The notes under the pieces were generated by a model. That model searched no databases. It was not told the DNA's origin and was given only the letters and a program-made list of their open reading frames with translations. From Eledone cirrhosa (lineage: Eukaryota): a stretch of DNA of 64,000 bases. Every line of letters starts with the position of its first letter. Position 1 is the stretch's first letter. The stretch is taken from contig OZ024744.1 in NCBI GenBank assembly GCA_964016885.1, positions 92,132,001 to 92,196,000 of the forward strand, given 5' to 3'. Below, one piece after another: positions 40,936 through 54,124 of this stretch. Position numbers and translations under genes: made by a program.

Positions 40936-41016
40936 TATATATATATATATATATATAATGGAAAAATTTCACCACCATATATATATACATATATATAAGT
41001 GTGTATATATATATAT

Positions 41017-41820
41017 ACTTTGGTATATTATTGTGTATTAGATTTTGCCTACCACAATGTTCAATTTGTCAAGCTATTTAAACGTATGTTATTACTCTAA
41101 GGACTTACCTTATCGAGTGCTTTGCTAACTCATCATTTCATATAAATAGGCCGAATTTGCTTGCAAACTACCAGAGATTCGATTTTACTAAATTTCCAAT
41201 TATATTATTCTCCTAGATTTAATAATTAACTAATTAATTTAATTAGACAATTCTGTTGATTGGTTAATTATTTGTGTTTGTTTTATAACATCTAGTCGAG
41301 AGCTTATCATGATGATTAGCGGAAATTAAAATATTTCCTTTGTCTAACATTTTGAATGACCCGCCAAAAACCAGGGGTTATTTCCTTTGCTGGAATTAAC
41401 ACGTGACAGCTATAGATACGATACGTTGCATCTAGCTGTAACATTTAGCCTATCACCCCTGTTCTGAGTAGAACGAAAAGCCTGTTGAAAAACTGAATCC
41501 TCCGTTCAATCATGAATACCACGAGCTTGCCAGTCACGTAAGTCTGACATTTCATTTCGGATTCAAAGAAACACTTTAAACGTATAACGTTTGATTTGTC
41601 CAGGTGCATTTTTCTCAACCTTTTAGTTCTATCGTTACTTTGGTATATTATTGTGTGTTAGATTTTGCTTACCACAATGTTCAATTTGTCAAGCTATTTA
41701 AACGTATGTTATTATGACCTAACTTATCGAGTGCTTTGCTAACTCATCATTTCATATAAGTAGGCCGAATTTGCTTGCAAACCGCCAGAGATTCGATTTT
41801 ACTAAATTTCCAATTATATA
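41017..41820 (+). mobile_element. Element with ~185-bp direct terminal repeats (period ~620 bp) between (TA)n tracts
   Basis: tactttggtatattattgtgt..aaatttccaattatat at ~41017-41205 and ~41636-41819. Confidence 0.75.
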
Positions 41821-41828
41821 TATACATA

Positions 41829-41926
41829 CAGGGTATCCCAAAAAATGTATACACACTTCAACAGCATTCTAATAAATATTGCCTGTAGAGGTAATCAAAG
41901 TGTGTATACATTTGTTGTGGACACTG
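41829..41926. mobile_element. Tc1/mariner-type MITE
   Basis: TA|cagggtatccca..aaatgtatacacactt / aagtgtgtatacattt..ggacactg|TA. Confidence 0.7.
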
Positions 41927-42193
41927 TATATACACACAGTTTTTGGCTGAGCATATGATAACCTCTCTAGTACTCGTGCCACAATAAAATGCACCCAGTA
42001 CACTCTGACAGGTAACCAGTCTCTGCCAAATATGGAATGAATGAGCAAAAAGATGTCTCTCTGACATGTCTAGTCATAGATCAGGGCTCTGGTCTCAGAT
42101 CGTGGTTACTTGTCCAACTCGTGCCAAAATGGAATGTGGTGTAAAATGATGGCAATGACGCAAAAACGCACACATATACTTATATACACACAC

Positions 42194-42224
<31 letters not shown>

Positions 42225-42420
42225 CATACATACGCACACACACACATATATATATATATATACATACACATAGACGTTCATACACATACACATGCATACA
42301 CTCTCACATGCACACGCATGCACACATACACATGAAAGCATACACATGCACATACTCGTATATATACACACATAGATACGTACACACACACATACACACA
42401 GTTACACAAATATAGCACTG

Positions 42421-42512
<92 letters not shown>

Positions 42513-42627
42513 GAGAGAGACGAGAGAGAGAGAAAGAGAGAGGGAGAGTTTGCTGTGCTGAGACCGTCAATCATTGGAGTACTTGATGCATGGGGAGATG
42601 TAGAGTGGGTATACAGATATGTATATA

Positions 42628-42748
<121 letters not shown>

Positions 42749-42937
42749 ATATATATATACATACACATATATAAATGTACAGATTAAAGTTTAAGTAAAG
42801 AATCGCTGCTTTCACCCTTTTTCGAGATCTTTTGAAACTTCTGATTTTAGTCTTCACATTTATTATTACTATATAGCTGTAGAAACGGCCAGAGCTCAGC
42901 CATGGGGGTCCTGACTCTTTACTTACACCCCCCCCCC

Positions 42938-43013
<76 letters not shown>

Positions 43014-43296
43014 AATCAGTTATAAACATTTATATTTGTCGGACTTCCAACAAATTAAATACCACTTCTACTTATATATATACATATATATATAACGAAG
43101 GAAATGTGGTAAGGAACCAGATGGACCATAACGCACCAAAGTACTCAATACTTAGGGTAGTAGAGTGGGTAATAGGAACGAGTAGGACCCCGACGGCTGA
43201 GCCCAAGCCGTTTCGACGGCTAATTCTGGACTAAAATTTTAGTCCAGAATTAGCCGTCGAAACGGCTTGCGCTCAGCCGTCGGGGTCCTACTCGTT

Positions 43297-43800
<504 letters not shown>

Positions 43801-43807
43801 TATATAT

Positions 43808-45017
43808 ACCAGATAGAAAAATGCGTACAGCAAAAAAAAGTAATATTGTTGGAATATAAACCTTTAAAAATACAGGACAAGAAACTAAGATAAAACTTTA
43901 AAAAATAGGACAAGAAACTAAAATAAAACTTTAAAAGAATAGGACAAGAAACTAAGATAAAACTTTAAAAGAATAGGACAAGAAACTAAGATAAAACTTT
44001 AAAAGAATAGGACAAGAAACTAAGATAAAACTTTAAAAGAATAGGACAAGAAACTAAGATAAAACTTTAAAAGAATAGGACAAGAAACTAAGATAAATCT
44101 TTAAAAGAATAGGACAAGAAACTAAGATAAAACTTTAAAAGAATTGGACAAGAAATAAAAAATTTTACAATATTAGTGGCAAAATTTTTATTGGTAAAAA
44201 ATCGAGTTCCACATTCATAGGCTCTGGGTTCCACATTCAGAGGTCGTCGTCAGACCGGGGGGGGATCATTTGATCCTGGTTTGAACTCCAATTGGGCCAT
44301 AACCATACCCCTATTTCATCATTCGGCGACACGCCTCATGTGTCATGCATAATGTGAATGGACCATGGGCCCATGAGCACAGATCTTGAGCAGCAGCGGA
44401 CGGTCTTGTCGTCCCGCTCATCCTTGATCTTGACCAACTCGTCCATCTTCTCCTTGCATCTTGTCCTTGAGTTCAAGTCCGGCAGTCCAGATGAATGCGT
44501 GCCAGAGCTTTCAGGTACAGGAAGGGGGAGCAGGAGGACTGGAGGGATGACGGGACAGAGGGAGGGAGGACCGGTGGTTGAGGGAGGTGCCGTAGTCGGT
44601 GGTCAGAGTCGACATCTTGTCCCGGTCGTCTTCTCCATCTTCGTCTGGTGTTGCGGGACCAGAAGTGCATTCTTGGAGGAGACCTGCAGCTGCATCGGCC
44701 AATTCTTCTTGCAATGGTCATTCTGACGGAGCAGAACTGCTCAGCCAACCAACTCCAACCAGAACCAACCGCTCAGGGGCAACGCACAATGAGAGCATGA
44801 CAATTATTATGCACTAATCAAGAAGATACTACAAAAAACAATTTTGCCACTAATATTGTTGTAAAATTTTTTATTTCTTGTCCAATTCTTTAAAGTTTTA
44901 TCTTAGTTTCTTGTCCTATTCTTTTAAAGTTTTATTTTAGTTTCTTGTCCTGTATTTTTAAAGGTTTATATTCCAACAATATTACTTTTTTTTGCTGTAC
45001 GCATTTTTCTATCTGGT
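43808..45017. repeat. Inverted repeat (43808-44186 / 44840-45017) containing a 34-bp tandem unit
   Basis: Unit aggacaagaaactaagataaaactttaaaagaat, ~9 copies left and ~3 right. Confidence 0.9.
44336..44714 (-). pseudogene. GC-rich, apparently frameshifted small gene of unknown function
   Basis: MQEELADAAAGLLQECTSGPATPDEDGEDDRDKMST / PPTTAPPSTTGPP..KEKMDELVKIKDERDDK..; AATAAA at 44187-44192(-). Confidence 0.35.
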
Positions 45018-45289
45018 CTACTATTTTTTAAGGCAATGCAAGCAACAACTATCTAATAATTAAATGATCATAGTGAATTACTGACAAGTGATTGACTTTT
45101 AAAGTTCTTTTGAGTATAATTGCAATCTAGTTGAGGCAACTGGCTTAATGACAAAGCTAGTAAATCATGAATGCATTTGAGATGATTAGTGCATAATAGT
45201 GAATTGGTGAAACTTGTACATTTCAATGGTGTTACAACAATAGATGTAAGTTATATAGTAGTAATACTTTATAATTTTAACTTTTTAGA

Positions 45290-45649
45290 ATGGACAAAAA
45301 CCCATGCAAAGAAATGACTTTGACTGCAGTGATTCTCTCCAATTTACTTACAAAGCAAAACGTGGTCAAATACCTTATCATCTCTGATAAAATGCCCATT
45401 GAATCACTGAAAATGGGATGCATGGAATTCCTCATAAAATGCACCTATGAATCGGAAGCCATCACATATATCAATGGATATAGGGAGTTGTTCACACTGG
45501 AAGACCATCACTTCATTTGTGACTTCATCAGTTATCTCCACGATTATCTCAGACACTCAATGCCATTGATGAGAGGTGATCCAATATGTGAGCATGTAAC
45601 TAATCTTATAGAAGTTGTTATCGACCATCTTGCTTTTAGTGACATTTGA
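45290..45649 (+). CDS. 119-aa ORF with BACK/SPOP-C-terminus-like helical motif
   Basis: SNLLTKQNVVKYLIISDKMPIESLKMGCMEFL resembles [31 protein letters not shown] by eye; possible 43-nt GTAAGT..TTTTTAG intron 45246-45288; AATAAA 45735-45740. Confidence 0.5.
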   Translation: MDKNPCKEMTLTAVILSNLLTKQNVVKYLIISDKMPIESLKMGCMEFLIKCTYESEAITYINGYRELFTLEDHHFICDFISYLHDYLRHSMPLMRGDPICEHVTNLIEVVIDHLAFSDI

Positions 45650-45829
45650 CTGATTTGACTGATAATGATGTATTTTTAAAAAGTATGTGTACATTCTTGT
45701 TACTATTTTAAGGCAATGCAAGCAACAACTATTTAATAAAATTTAAATTTAAAAATGACCATTGTGCATTACTAGTATGATGACATTTTATTAAGTCACA
45801 AAATTAGTCAGTCAGCCATAGAACAAGGA

Positions 45830-46501
45830 TCAGGTGGCAAAAACATTGGCAAAAATTTGTGTTAATTTAAGATTTCCAACATTGTTCAAATGAATCATAT
45901 CTGGTTTGAAGTCAGATTTGTCAAATTTTGACCAATTTTCAATGTTGTGAAGATTGGGCAAGTTCAATTTTTGAATCATTTCTTTCATGCAGTAATTAAA
46001 CTTTTCCAAACGAGAATTTCTCTTGCCCAAGTCATTTTTATTTTCAAGTACACTTTGTGGACGTGGAATGACACCACTGTAGAAAATGGGTGTACAGTGG
46101 TGCTTTTCCGCTATTTTCTGTAGCCTTGCAAAGAGACTCTTCCCCTGTTTTTCCGGTTTTGTGCCTCGAGTGGGCACTTTGTCCTTAATTTACAAATAAA
46201 TGATTAATAAAAAATACTTGGGCAAAAATTATTGTATTACTTTGCACAGCTTTGTAGTGCCAACGGTGCGACGAGGATTCAGATCATTAGAGCCGACATG
46301 AACCACCAATACTTTCACAAAAGGACAACAGATAACAATGTTGGCGATTAACATTACCTGGCCCTGACGGGCCCCAGGTATACAAAATATCTAAGTATTT
46401 TTATTGGTATGATAAGTAAATACATTTGAATTAATATTTTTATACCTTCTGGTCATTCGATTTCGCTACATTTCTAATTATGGATTTGTAAAAACTGGCA
46501 T
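45830..46501 (-). pseudogene. SGNH/GDSL hydrolase, three exons (46446-46501, 46241-46390, 45830-46183)
   Basis: Block I remnant xSIIRNV, block II IPGAR, block III VVHVGSND, YSGVIPR, block V DMIHLN; two phase-0 GT-AG introns of 55 and 57 nt; 1-nt frameshift near block I. Confidence 0.8.
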
Positions 46502-47198
46502 GAATGTGAATTTGATCAGACCAATTGCCCGATTTTAGTGAAAAGTTTTGATTCGAAATGGAAATACTCCATTTCCGTGCCATGGAAAAAATGAATAAGC
46601 CGATCAAAAAGCCGATCAAACATCATTTTTAATTAAGCGAAATTAGTGGATGCAAATCTCAGAAAATATTGTACACTATTCGCACCTATCGCACTATTCG
46701 CACCTATCGGTACAAAAATATAGCGCACTATTCGCACCTATCGGTACAAAAAATCGCACGACTGTTAATAATACTAGAAGTGCAAACTATCTGTTGAATA
46801 CCTGGTATATGAAGAGCAACCGATACGATCGGTCGGCGATCGGTCTTGAAGAAGAATGAAGAATGAAGTGAAATTTTGGTCTGGTTGTTGTCATCGGTGT
46901 TTCGCAGAGATGCCGGCACGAACAAAGGTGTCAGTGACACAAAGTTGTCCGCTTGAACAAAGGTGTCGGTCCGACAAAGGTGTCAGTCAGACAGACAATC
47001 AGACAGTGTCACAGTCGGTGCGACAAAGCGATCGATGCGATTAAAAAAAATTTAACTCACATGTTTACCTATATTTTCGCAAACTATTGATAGATTGGTA
47101 CAAAAAATAGCTTTGATAATAAACATAAATTTTTAACGAAGTATTTAAAAAGCATTTTAGCAGTGAAAAGTGAATTAATGTTTCACATTGACGCAAGT

Positions 47199-47322
47199 AG
47201 GGCCGTTCAGAAATGACGTAGTCAATTAGGAGGAGGGGATTCGGAGATTTGACTACATTTGACTAACGTAATCACAATCACAAGAGTTCTGCCGAAAAAA
47301 ATTCGTCGTTTCTGATGACCCC
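47199..47322. mobile_element. Small MITE-like inverted repeat
   Basis: gggccgttcagaaatgacg / cgtcgtttctgatgacccc. Confidence 0.45.
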
Positions 47323-47604
47323 GTAGAGAGAGAGAGACTAGTAATTACCTCCCCTAGCGTCACGCTTACTACTCACTCACTTGAACACAAGATTTATCAG
47401 CAAACTTTGATTATAAACTTTATCCCGCTGGACCAAATTTCTAGATTTTTAAGCCAAAAGATACGTAATGATCTACTGTTCATGCACATATAGGTTTTAT
47501 CTCAGTTAAATAAAGTAGAGCCGCGCTGTACTGTCGTAAACAGACGATTGCCAACGAAAACACGACCATTACAATATTACTAAACGGACTACCGTCCGTT
47601 TAGG

Positions 47605-47667
<63 letters not shown>

Positions 47668-47860
47668 CAAATCTATACTAGATCATATCCAATGTATATA
47701 CATATATACCAGTTCCGTTTCAAAGATTCTACAGTATAAAATATTTACATAAATGATTCCAGCTAAGATTTTCACATTAAAAATAAATTTATTTTCATTG
47801 ATTTTATTGGTCTTTATTTTTACTTTTTTTAATTTTTATTTTTGAATCTTTTGTTGTTAC

Positions 47861-47945
<85 letters not shown>

Positions 47946-48214
47946 ATTGTTGTTGTTGTTACTGTTGTTATTAATTTCAACATTGACACCATGGAAGATT
48001 AGCTATTGTTGTTGTTGTTATTGTTGTTGTTGTTGTTGTTGTTGTTGTTCTTCTTCTTCTTCTTCTTCTTCTTCTTCTTCTTCTTCTTCTTCTTCTTCTT
48101 CTTCTTCTTCTTCTTCTTCTTCTTCTTCTTCTTCTTCTTCTTCTTCTTCTTCTTCTTCTTCTTCTCCTCCTCCTTCTTCTTCTGCTCATTGTTGCTGCTG
48201 TTATTATTCACTTG

Positions 48215-48595
48215 GAAAAGGAAGGTGAGGTGGAGAGAGAAGTGCTTCCCCCCCCCAGTACACTGCTAAAAGGTGGGTGAATGTGGCGAGAATGGCCTGT
48301 GTGAGTGGACCTACTCTGACCATGCGCCTGTAGTTGGGTCAATTTGCGGAGGAGAGGGGGTGCCGTTCCCAGGTGCTCTCGAAGCGTCGGGTCTTTCAGG
48401 ATTGGTGGGGTATCTGAGTGAACCCTAGGTGGTCAGCCCCCCCCCCCCCCCCCGCCATTGGGGAATTTTTCTTGTATTTTTCTTGTTATTTTGTTATTAT
48501 TATTTATATTGTTTACACGTTTATATAAATCCCCACTGTCCCTGTCTTTTGTATTGTCCCCTATATGTCGGCCCTTGTGGCCAATAAATGAAACT
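48215..48595 (+). mobile_element. Tx1/L1-like LINE 3' fragment (second subfamily)
   Basis: RKVRWRE..KRWVNVARMACVSGPTLTMRL*; ends gcccttgtggccaataaatgaaac. Confidence 0.7.
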
Positions 48596-48721
48596 ATTAT
48601 TCTTATTGTTGATGTTGTTGCTGCTGTTTTTTTTCCTGCTGCTGTTCTTGTTGGTGTTATCGTCATTGTCAAGGCCTTTGACTTTATTTAGACTCTCATC
48701 AGCTGTGATTGAGCACACCTA

Positions 48722-50836
48722 TCATCATCATCATCATCATCATCATTTTACGTCCGCTCTTCCCTGCTCGCAATGGGTCTTATTCAGCACAACGTCTCTC
48801 CCTTTGTCATGGTCCTTCGTCCTCTCCGCCGTGAGCTTCAATGATCTGAGGTCTGTTCTCACCACCTCCGCCCATGTTTTTCGTGGTCTACCTCTACCAC
48901 GTCTTCCTTCAACTGGCATTTCCTGGCACTTCTTCACCCATCGGTCATCCTCCATGCGCATCACATGTCCATACCACCTCAGTCTCCTCTCCCGTACACT
49001 ACATTCTATCCCTCTCAGACACAGTTTCTCTCTCAACACATTCATGCTGGGTCGTTCACGCACATTTACATTGCACATCCAACGGAGCATGCTTGCCTCA
49101 TTTCTCTCCAGCCGTCGCATATCCTCTGCAGTTGCTGCTCATGTCTCACTACCATGCAGCATCACGCTCCTCACACAGGCATCATATAACCGGCCTTTTG
49201 TACGCAGTGAGAAACCCTTCTTCGTCAGCAGAGGAAGCAGCTCCCTAAACTTCTTCCAACCCGTCCTTATTCTAGATACTATGGCCTCGGAACCCCCCCC
49301 TCCCATGCTAATCTGATCTCCTAGGTACCGGAAGCTATCCACCACTTCTATAGCACCCGCCTGCATTTGGAAAATGTGTCTATCAATGCGACTTCTACTA
49401 TCTAATTTCCCTGTACATCTGCATACGTATTTCTCCCTACCTGTTAGTTTGCCTGCTATCCCGCTACATCTCTTGTGCCCCCAGGATCTGCATTGTGTGC
49501 ATTTTATAGAATTTATGCCAGTTCCTTTTCTGCATATCGAACATGGCCATTTCCCTGACGGAATCAACACTTTTGTCTTAGCTAGGTTCACTCTCAGTCC
49601 TCTTGCTTCCAACTGCTGTTTCCATAGCCAGAATTTATTCTCTAGCTCCTCTACTGATTCTACTATAAGAACCAGATCGTCAGCATAGAGAAGTTCTCAT
49701 GGGCAGCCAGTCTTAAACTCCTCTGTTATGGCTTCGAGGACTATAATGAACAAGAGAGGGCTGAGGACCGAACCTTGATGTACTCCTACTTGTACCTGGA
49801 ATTCCTCACTAAACTCCATTCCTACCCTCACTTTACTGACAGCTCCTCTGTACAAAGTTTACACTGTCCTCACAAGCCATTCCCCAACACCTAGTTTCCT
49901 TAGGGACCACCAGATGACAGATCGGGGTACCCTATCAAAGGCCTTCTCTAGATCAACAAAGGCTCAGTATAGTGGCTTATTCTTCTCTAGGAACCTCTCT
50001 TGTAATTGTCTCACTAAGAAGAGGGCATCTGTTGTACTTTTCCCAGGCACAAAACCAAACTGCATCTCATCTAGTTTGACCCTTTCTCTATTTAGTTGTG
50101 CTAATATCCTTTCTGCCACTTTCATACCTGATCCATCAGTTTTATACCCCTATAATTCCTCCTCTCCAGAGCAACCCCTTTACCATTGTAGCAATTTATG
50201 AGAATACTGCTGCACCAGTCTTTGGGTATGACACCACCATATATAGCCTGATTGATGATGCATGCAACCAGTTTAATGCCTACGTCCCCTGATGCCTTCA
50301 GCATCTCAGCAACTATTCCCGATGGTCCAGCAGCCTTACCATTTTTCATTTCCCTAATCGCCGTTTGGACCCTATATTCGTCAATCTCAATAGCTGGTCC
50401 CTCTGTCAGGTCTACTGAGGGTAATTTCTCTCTCTCCCATTCGTTCTCCACATACATCAGTCTCTCATAATGACATTTCCAGGCCTCCTTTTTCTGGTCA
50501 TTCGTGACACTAAGTACACCGGCATCATCCCGGACACACTTATCTCCAACAACATCCTGATTTGCATTGACACACTGCCTTGTAATGTGGAACACCGCAC
50601 GCCTCTGATCTTCCCGTCGCAGAACATTGGCAAACCTCCTACTCTCAGCCTCCCTGCGTGCTAAGTACACCTGACATCTAGCTTCTCTCTTAACAGCTGT
50701 ATATCCTTCTCTACTCCCACCCTTTTTCCAAGCCTTCCATGCTAGTATTTTGTCTCTAATGGCCTTATCTACTGTGCTGTTCCACTACCAGGTCACTCTC
50801 TGTCTGGTTGGAGCTCTGCTCCAACCACAAGTTTAA
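48722..50836 (-). mobile_element. RTE-clade LINE relic (~2.1 kb) with (GAT)n tail
   Basis: ORFs 50122-50670, 49139-49612, 48743-49120 homologous to 41-1659; multiple stops and frameshifts. Confidence 0.95.
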
Positions 50837-50852
50837 TCTATATATATATATA

Positions 50853-51246
50853 TGTCAACTCTGGATGTCGGTGAGCATGTCCAGCTAACTTCAGTCTCCT
50901 CTGTGTCACTTTTGAGCTGACTTTTGGGATGCTCCCATACAGCTCTGAGCTTTTCATCCTCAGTGTATACTGATTAATGTTCAGAGCCATCCTCAGCATT
51001 CTCGTGTAGCACCCATCCACCATCTGAGTGAGTTTCTTGGTCAGTGTCCAAGTCTCAGACCCATACAGCAGCACAGACTCCACTACAGCAATGGACACAC
51101 TAGAAGAGGAAGACCAAGGTTAACGTATGTTGATGCCCTAAGGACAGACACTGGTCTATTGGAGACGCAGGACATGGCAGCGATAATGAGGGACAGAGAC
51201 CGCTGGAGAGAACTCGTCCATGGATCTCGGGAATTTTACCCGCCTT

Positions 51247-51248
<2 letters not shown>
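50853..51248. mobile_element. RTE-like LINE 3' end with inverted 5' part
   Basis: Minus 50853-51098: SVLLYGSETWTLT..RRLKLAGH; plus 51099-51248: TRRGRPRLTYVDALRTDTG..MRDRDRWRELV..*; (AT)n at both ends. Confidence 0.75.
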
Positions 51249-51296
<48 letters not shown>

Positions 51297-52269
51297 TCAT
51301 CATCATCATCACCGTTTTACGTCCATTCTTTCACACTAGCATGGGTTAGACGGGTTGTCCTGTTGTGGGCAGTGGGAAGAGCTGGGGACATATTGTCTAT
51401 ATGCTTTGGCTTCAGCTTGTTTCCGTGGGAAGTCGGGTCTTCTGTATTACTGCGTAACACCAGAGGTCTAGGGCTTGTGTCATATATATATATATATCAA
51501 ACCCATTCCAACCATGACGATCACCATGTGTTTCCTGTAAGCATGAAACCCAGAATAACATTATCAAACTAATCAAACATGATATACATATATTTTTTTA
51601 AAGATGATACTGGTGGAGGTATGATTTGAGAGGGATTTGACTGCTATTTCTAGCAGGTCAAGTAGCCATATGAAGGTCCCACTTCTGGATTCAGAAGATT
51701 GGACTGTGACTCTAGTAGGTAATGGTAGTGATATATATGATTTTGTAAAGTACCTTGTCATTGCCATCACCATCACCACCACCATCACCACCACCACCAC
51801 CACCATCACCATGATCATCATCTTCATCACTGCAACCATCATCATCATCATCATTATTGTCATCATCATCAACATCATCATCAACATCACCACCACCATC
51901 CATATCATCATCATCATCATCATCATCATCATCTATTGTCATCATCATTGTATTATCATTATTACCCTTTTACTCTTTTACCCGTTCCAACCATCCGGTT
52001 GAGGCCATTCTGGGGCACCGCCCTTATTGTCATCATCAACATCATTGTCACCACTTCCATCATCATGATCATCACTATTGTCCCCATCACTGTTACCACC
52101 ACCACCACCACCACCACCCGCTACCATGGGTTGGACAGGTTGTCACACACCAAGTCAGTACTTAGCTGGAACCACTTACTTACTAGACATAGGATGTGGG
52201 TGGGGGAGTAAATATACATCATGTTTACAAATGCACCTGGTGCCCTCTGTAGAGTTCATCTGGAGGTGT

Positions 52270-53220
52270 TTGTGCTCTTGGTATAACAGAAAAGTCCTTT
52301 CTATCCTTTGTCTGGCAAATTTTCTTCAGCTGGATTCACTTCCAATTTCGAACTATTTTACAGAGTGTACTGGGTGTATTTTATTGTGTCACCAACACAA
52401 GAGACGGTGATAGTTTCTTGGCACAATAGAAGAGCCCTCTCCACCCTTTCTTTGGTAACATTTCCACAGCAGGATTCACTTCCTATTACCAACTATTTTA
52501 CAGAGTGTACTGGGTGTATTTTATTGTGTCACCAACACTAGAAACAAAGTTGGCTTCTTGGCACACCAGAAAAGTCCTCTCCGCCCTTTCTTTGGTAACA
52601 TTTTTGCAGGTGGACTCACTTTTTATTACCAACTATTTTACAGAGTGTACTGGGTGTATTTTATTGTGTCACCAACACTAGAAACAAAGTTGGCTTCTTG
52701 GCACAACAGAAAAGTCCTCTCCACCCTTTCTTTGTTAACATTTTTGCAGGTGGACTCACTTTTTATTACCAACTATTTTACAGAGTGTACTGGGTGTATT
52801 TTATTGTGTCACCAACACTAGAAACAAAGTTGGCTTCTTGGCACAACAGAAAAGTCCTCTCCACCCTTTCTTTGGTAACATTTTTGCAGGTGGACTCACT
52901 TTTTATTACCAACTATTTTACAGAGTGTACTGGGTGTCTTTTATTGTGTCACCAACACGAGAGACGATGATAGTTTCTTGGCACAACAGAAGAGTCCTCT
53001 TCAGTCTTCCTTTGGTAAATTTTCTGCCTCAGGATTCACTTCCAATTACTAACTATTTTACAGGGTGTACTAGGTGTATTTTATTGTGTCACCAACACGA
53101 GAGACGATGATAGTTTCTTGGCACAACAGAAGAGCCCTCTCCAGTCTTCCTTTGGTAAAATTTCTACTGCAGGATTCATTTCCTATCACCAACGACTTTC
53201 TTTACTGTGTCACCAACTTT
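52270..53220 (+). repeat. 140-bp tandem repeat, ~7 copies
   Basis: Shares core tttacagagtgtactgggtgtatttt with the 48-bp repeat. Confidence 0.9.
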
Positions 53221-53589
53221 AGAGAGAGCGTTGTCATGTCTTTAACACAACTCAAGAATCCTCTCAACCTGTTTTTTTAGCATAGAAGGAAATTTTCCAA
53301 TAGTTAGCTTTTTCTTTTAAACATTCTCAACAATTTCTTCTCTCTATTTCTATGTCTTTTTCTACATCTATTTTTGTTTTTACATTTGACATCTCTAATT
53401 TTCTTTACGCATTCAACATTTTACATCTATTTTCCATGCAGGAATGGTTCAGGCAGGTTGTCACGTTCTGAGATTTGATATGTCAGATAATCTCAACTTG
53501 CTCCACTATGCATTCCTGATTTAAGGATCAATAGAAGTAGTTGATAGCTTCTGCTATCTAGGTGACTGAATTAGCTGTGGATGAGGGTG

Positions 53590-54095
53590 TACCGAGAGCA
53601 TAATAGCTAGAATAAGGATAGGATGGAAAATATTTTGAGAGTTACTCCCACTGTTGATTATAAAAGGCTTCTCCCTAAGTATAAAAGGACAACTGTATGA
53701 CATCTGTGTGCAAGATAGTAAAACATTGGCAAATGACTACAGTTGACAGGCGTAGGCTGGAGAGAAATGATGCTTCGATGCTTCATTGGATGTGCAATGT
53801 AAATGTGAGAGAAAATCAGAGCTTGGATGAAATGAGGGAGAAGCTGGGTTTAAGAGGAATCCAAAATGGTGTGCAAGAGAGAAGACTGTGTTGGTATGGA
53901 CACGTGATGTGTATGGATGATGATCACTTGGTGAAGAAGTGCCAGGAAATCCCAGTGGAAGGAATTCGCAGTAGAGGACAACCAAGGAAAACCTGGTCAG
54001 AGGTGGTGAGAACTGACCTCAAATCACTGAAAATCAGCAAATGCCGTCCTGAAAAGGACCCGTCCAATCCATGCAAGCGTGGAAAATCTGACATA
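53590..54095 (+). mobile_element. RTE LINE 3' fragment
   Basis: RRRLERNDASMLHWMC..WYGHVM..GQPRKTWSEVVRTDL. Confidence 0.85.
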
Positions 54096-54124
54096 AAGTT
54101 AAGATTTTGTAGTTTGCTTGAAGC

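Noticed and set aside
47311-47330. CTGATGA at the cargo element end as an HHR
   Set aside because: Part of a small inverted repeat, with no downstream stem II-GAAA
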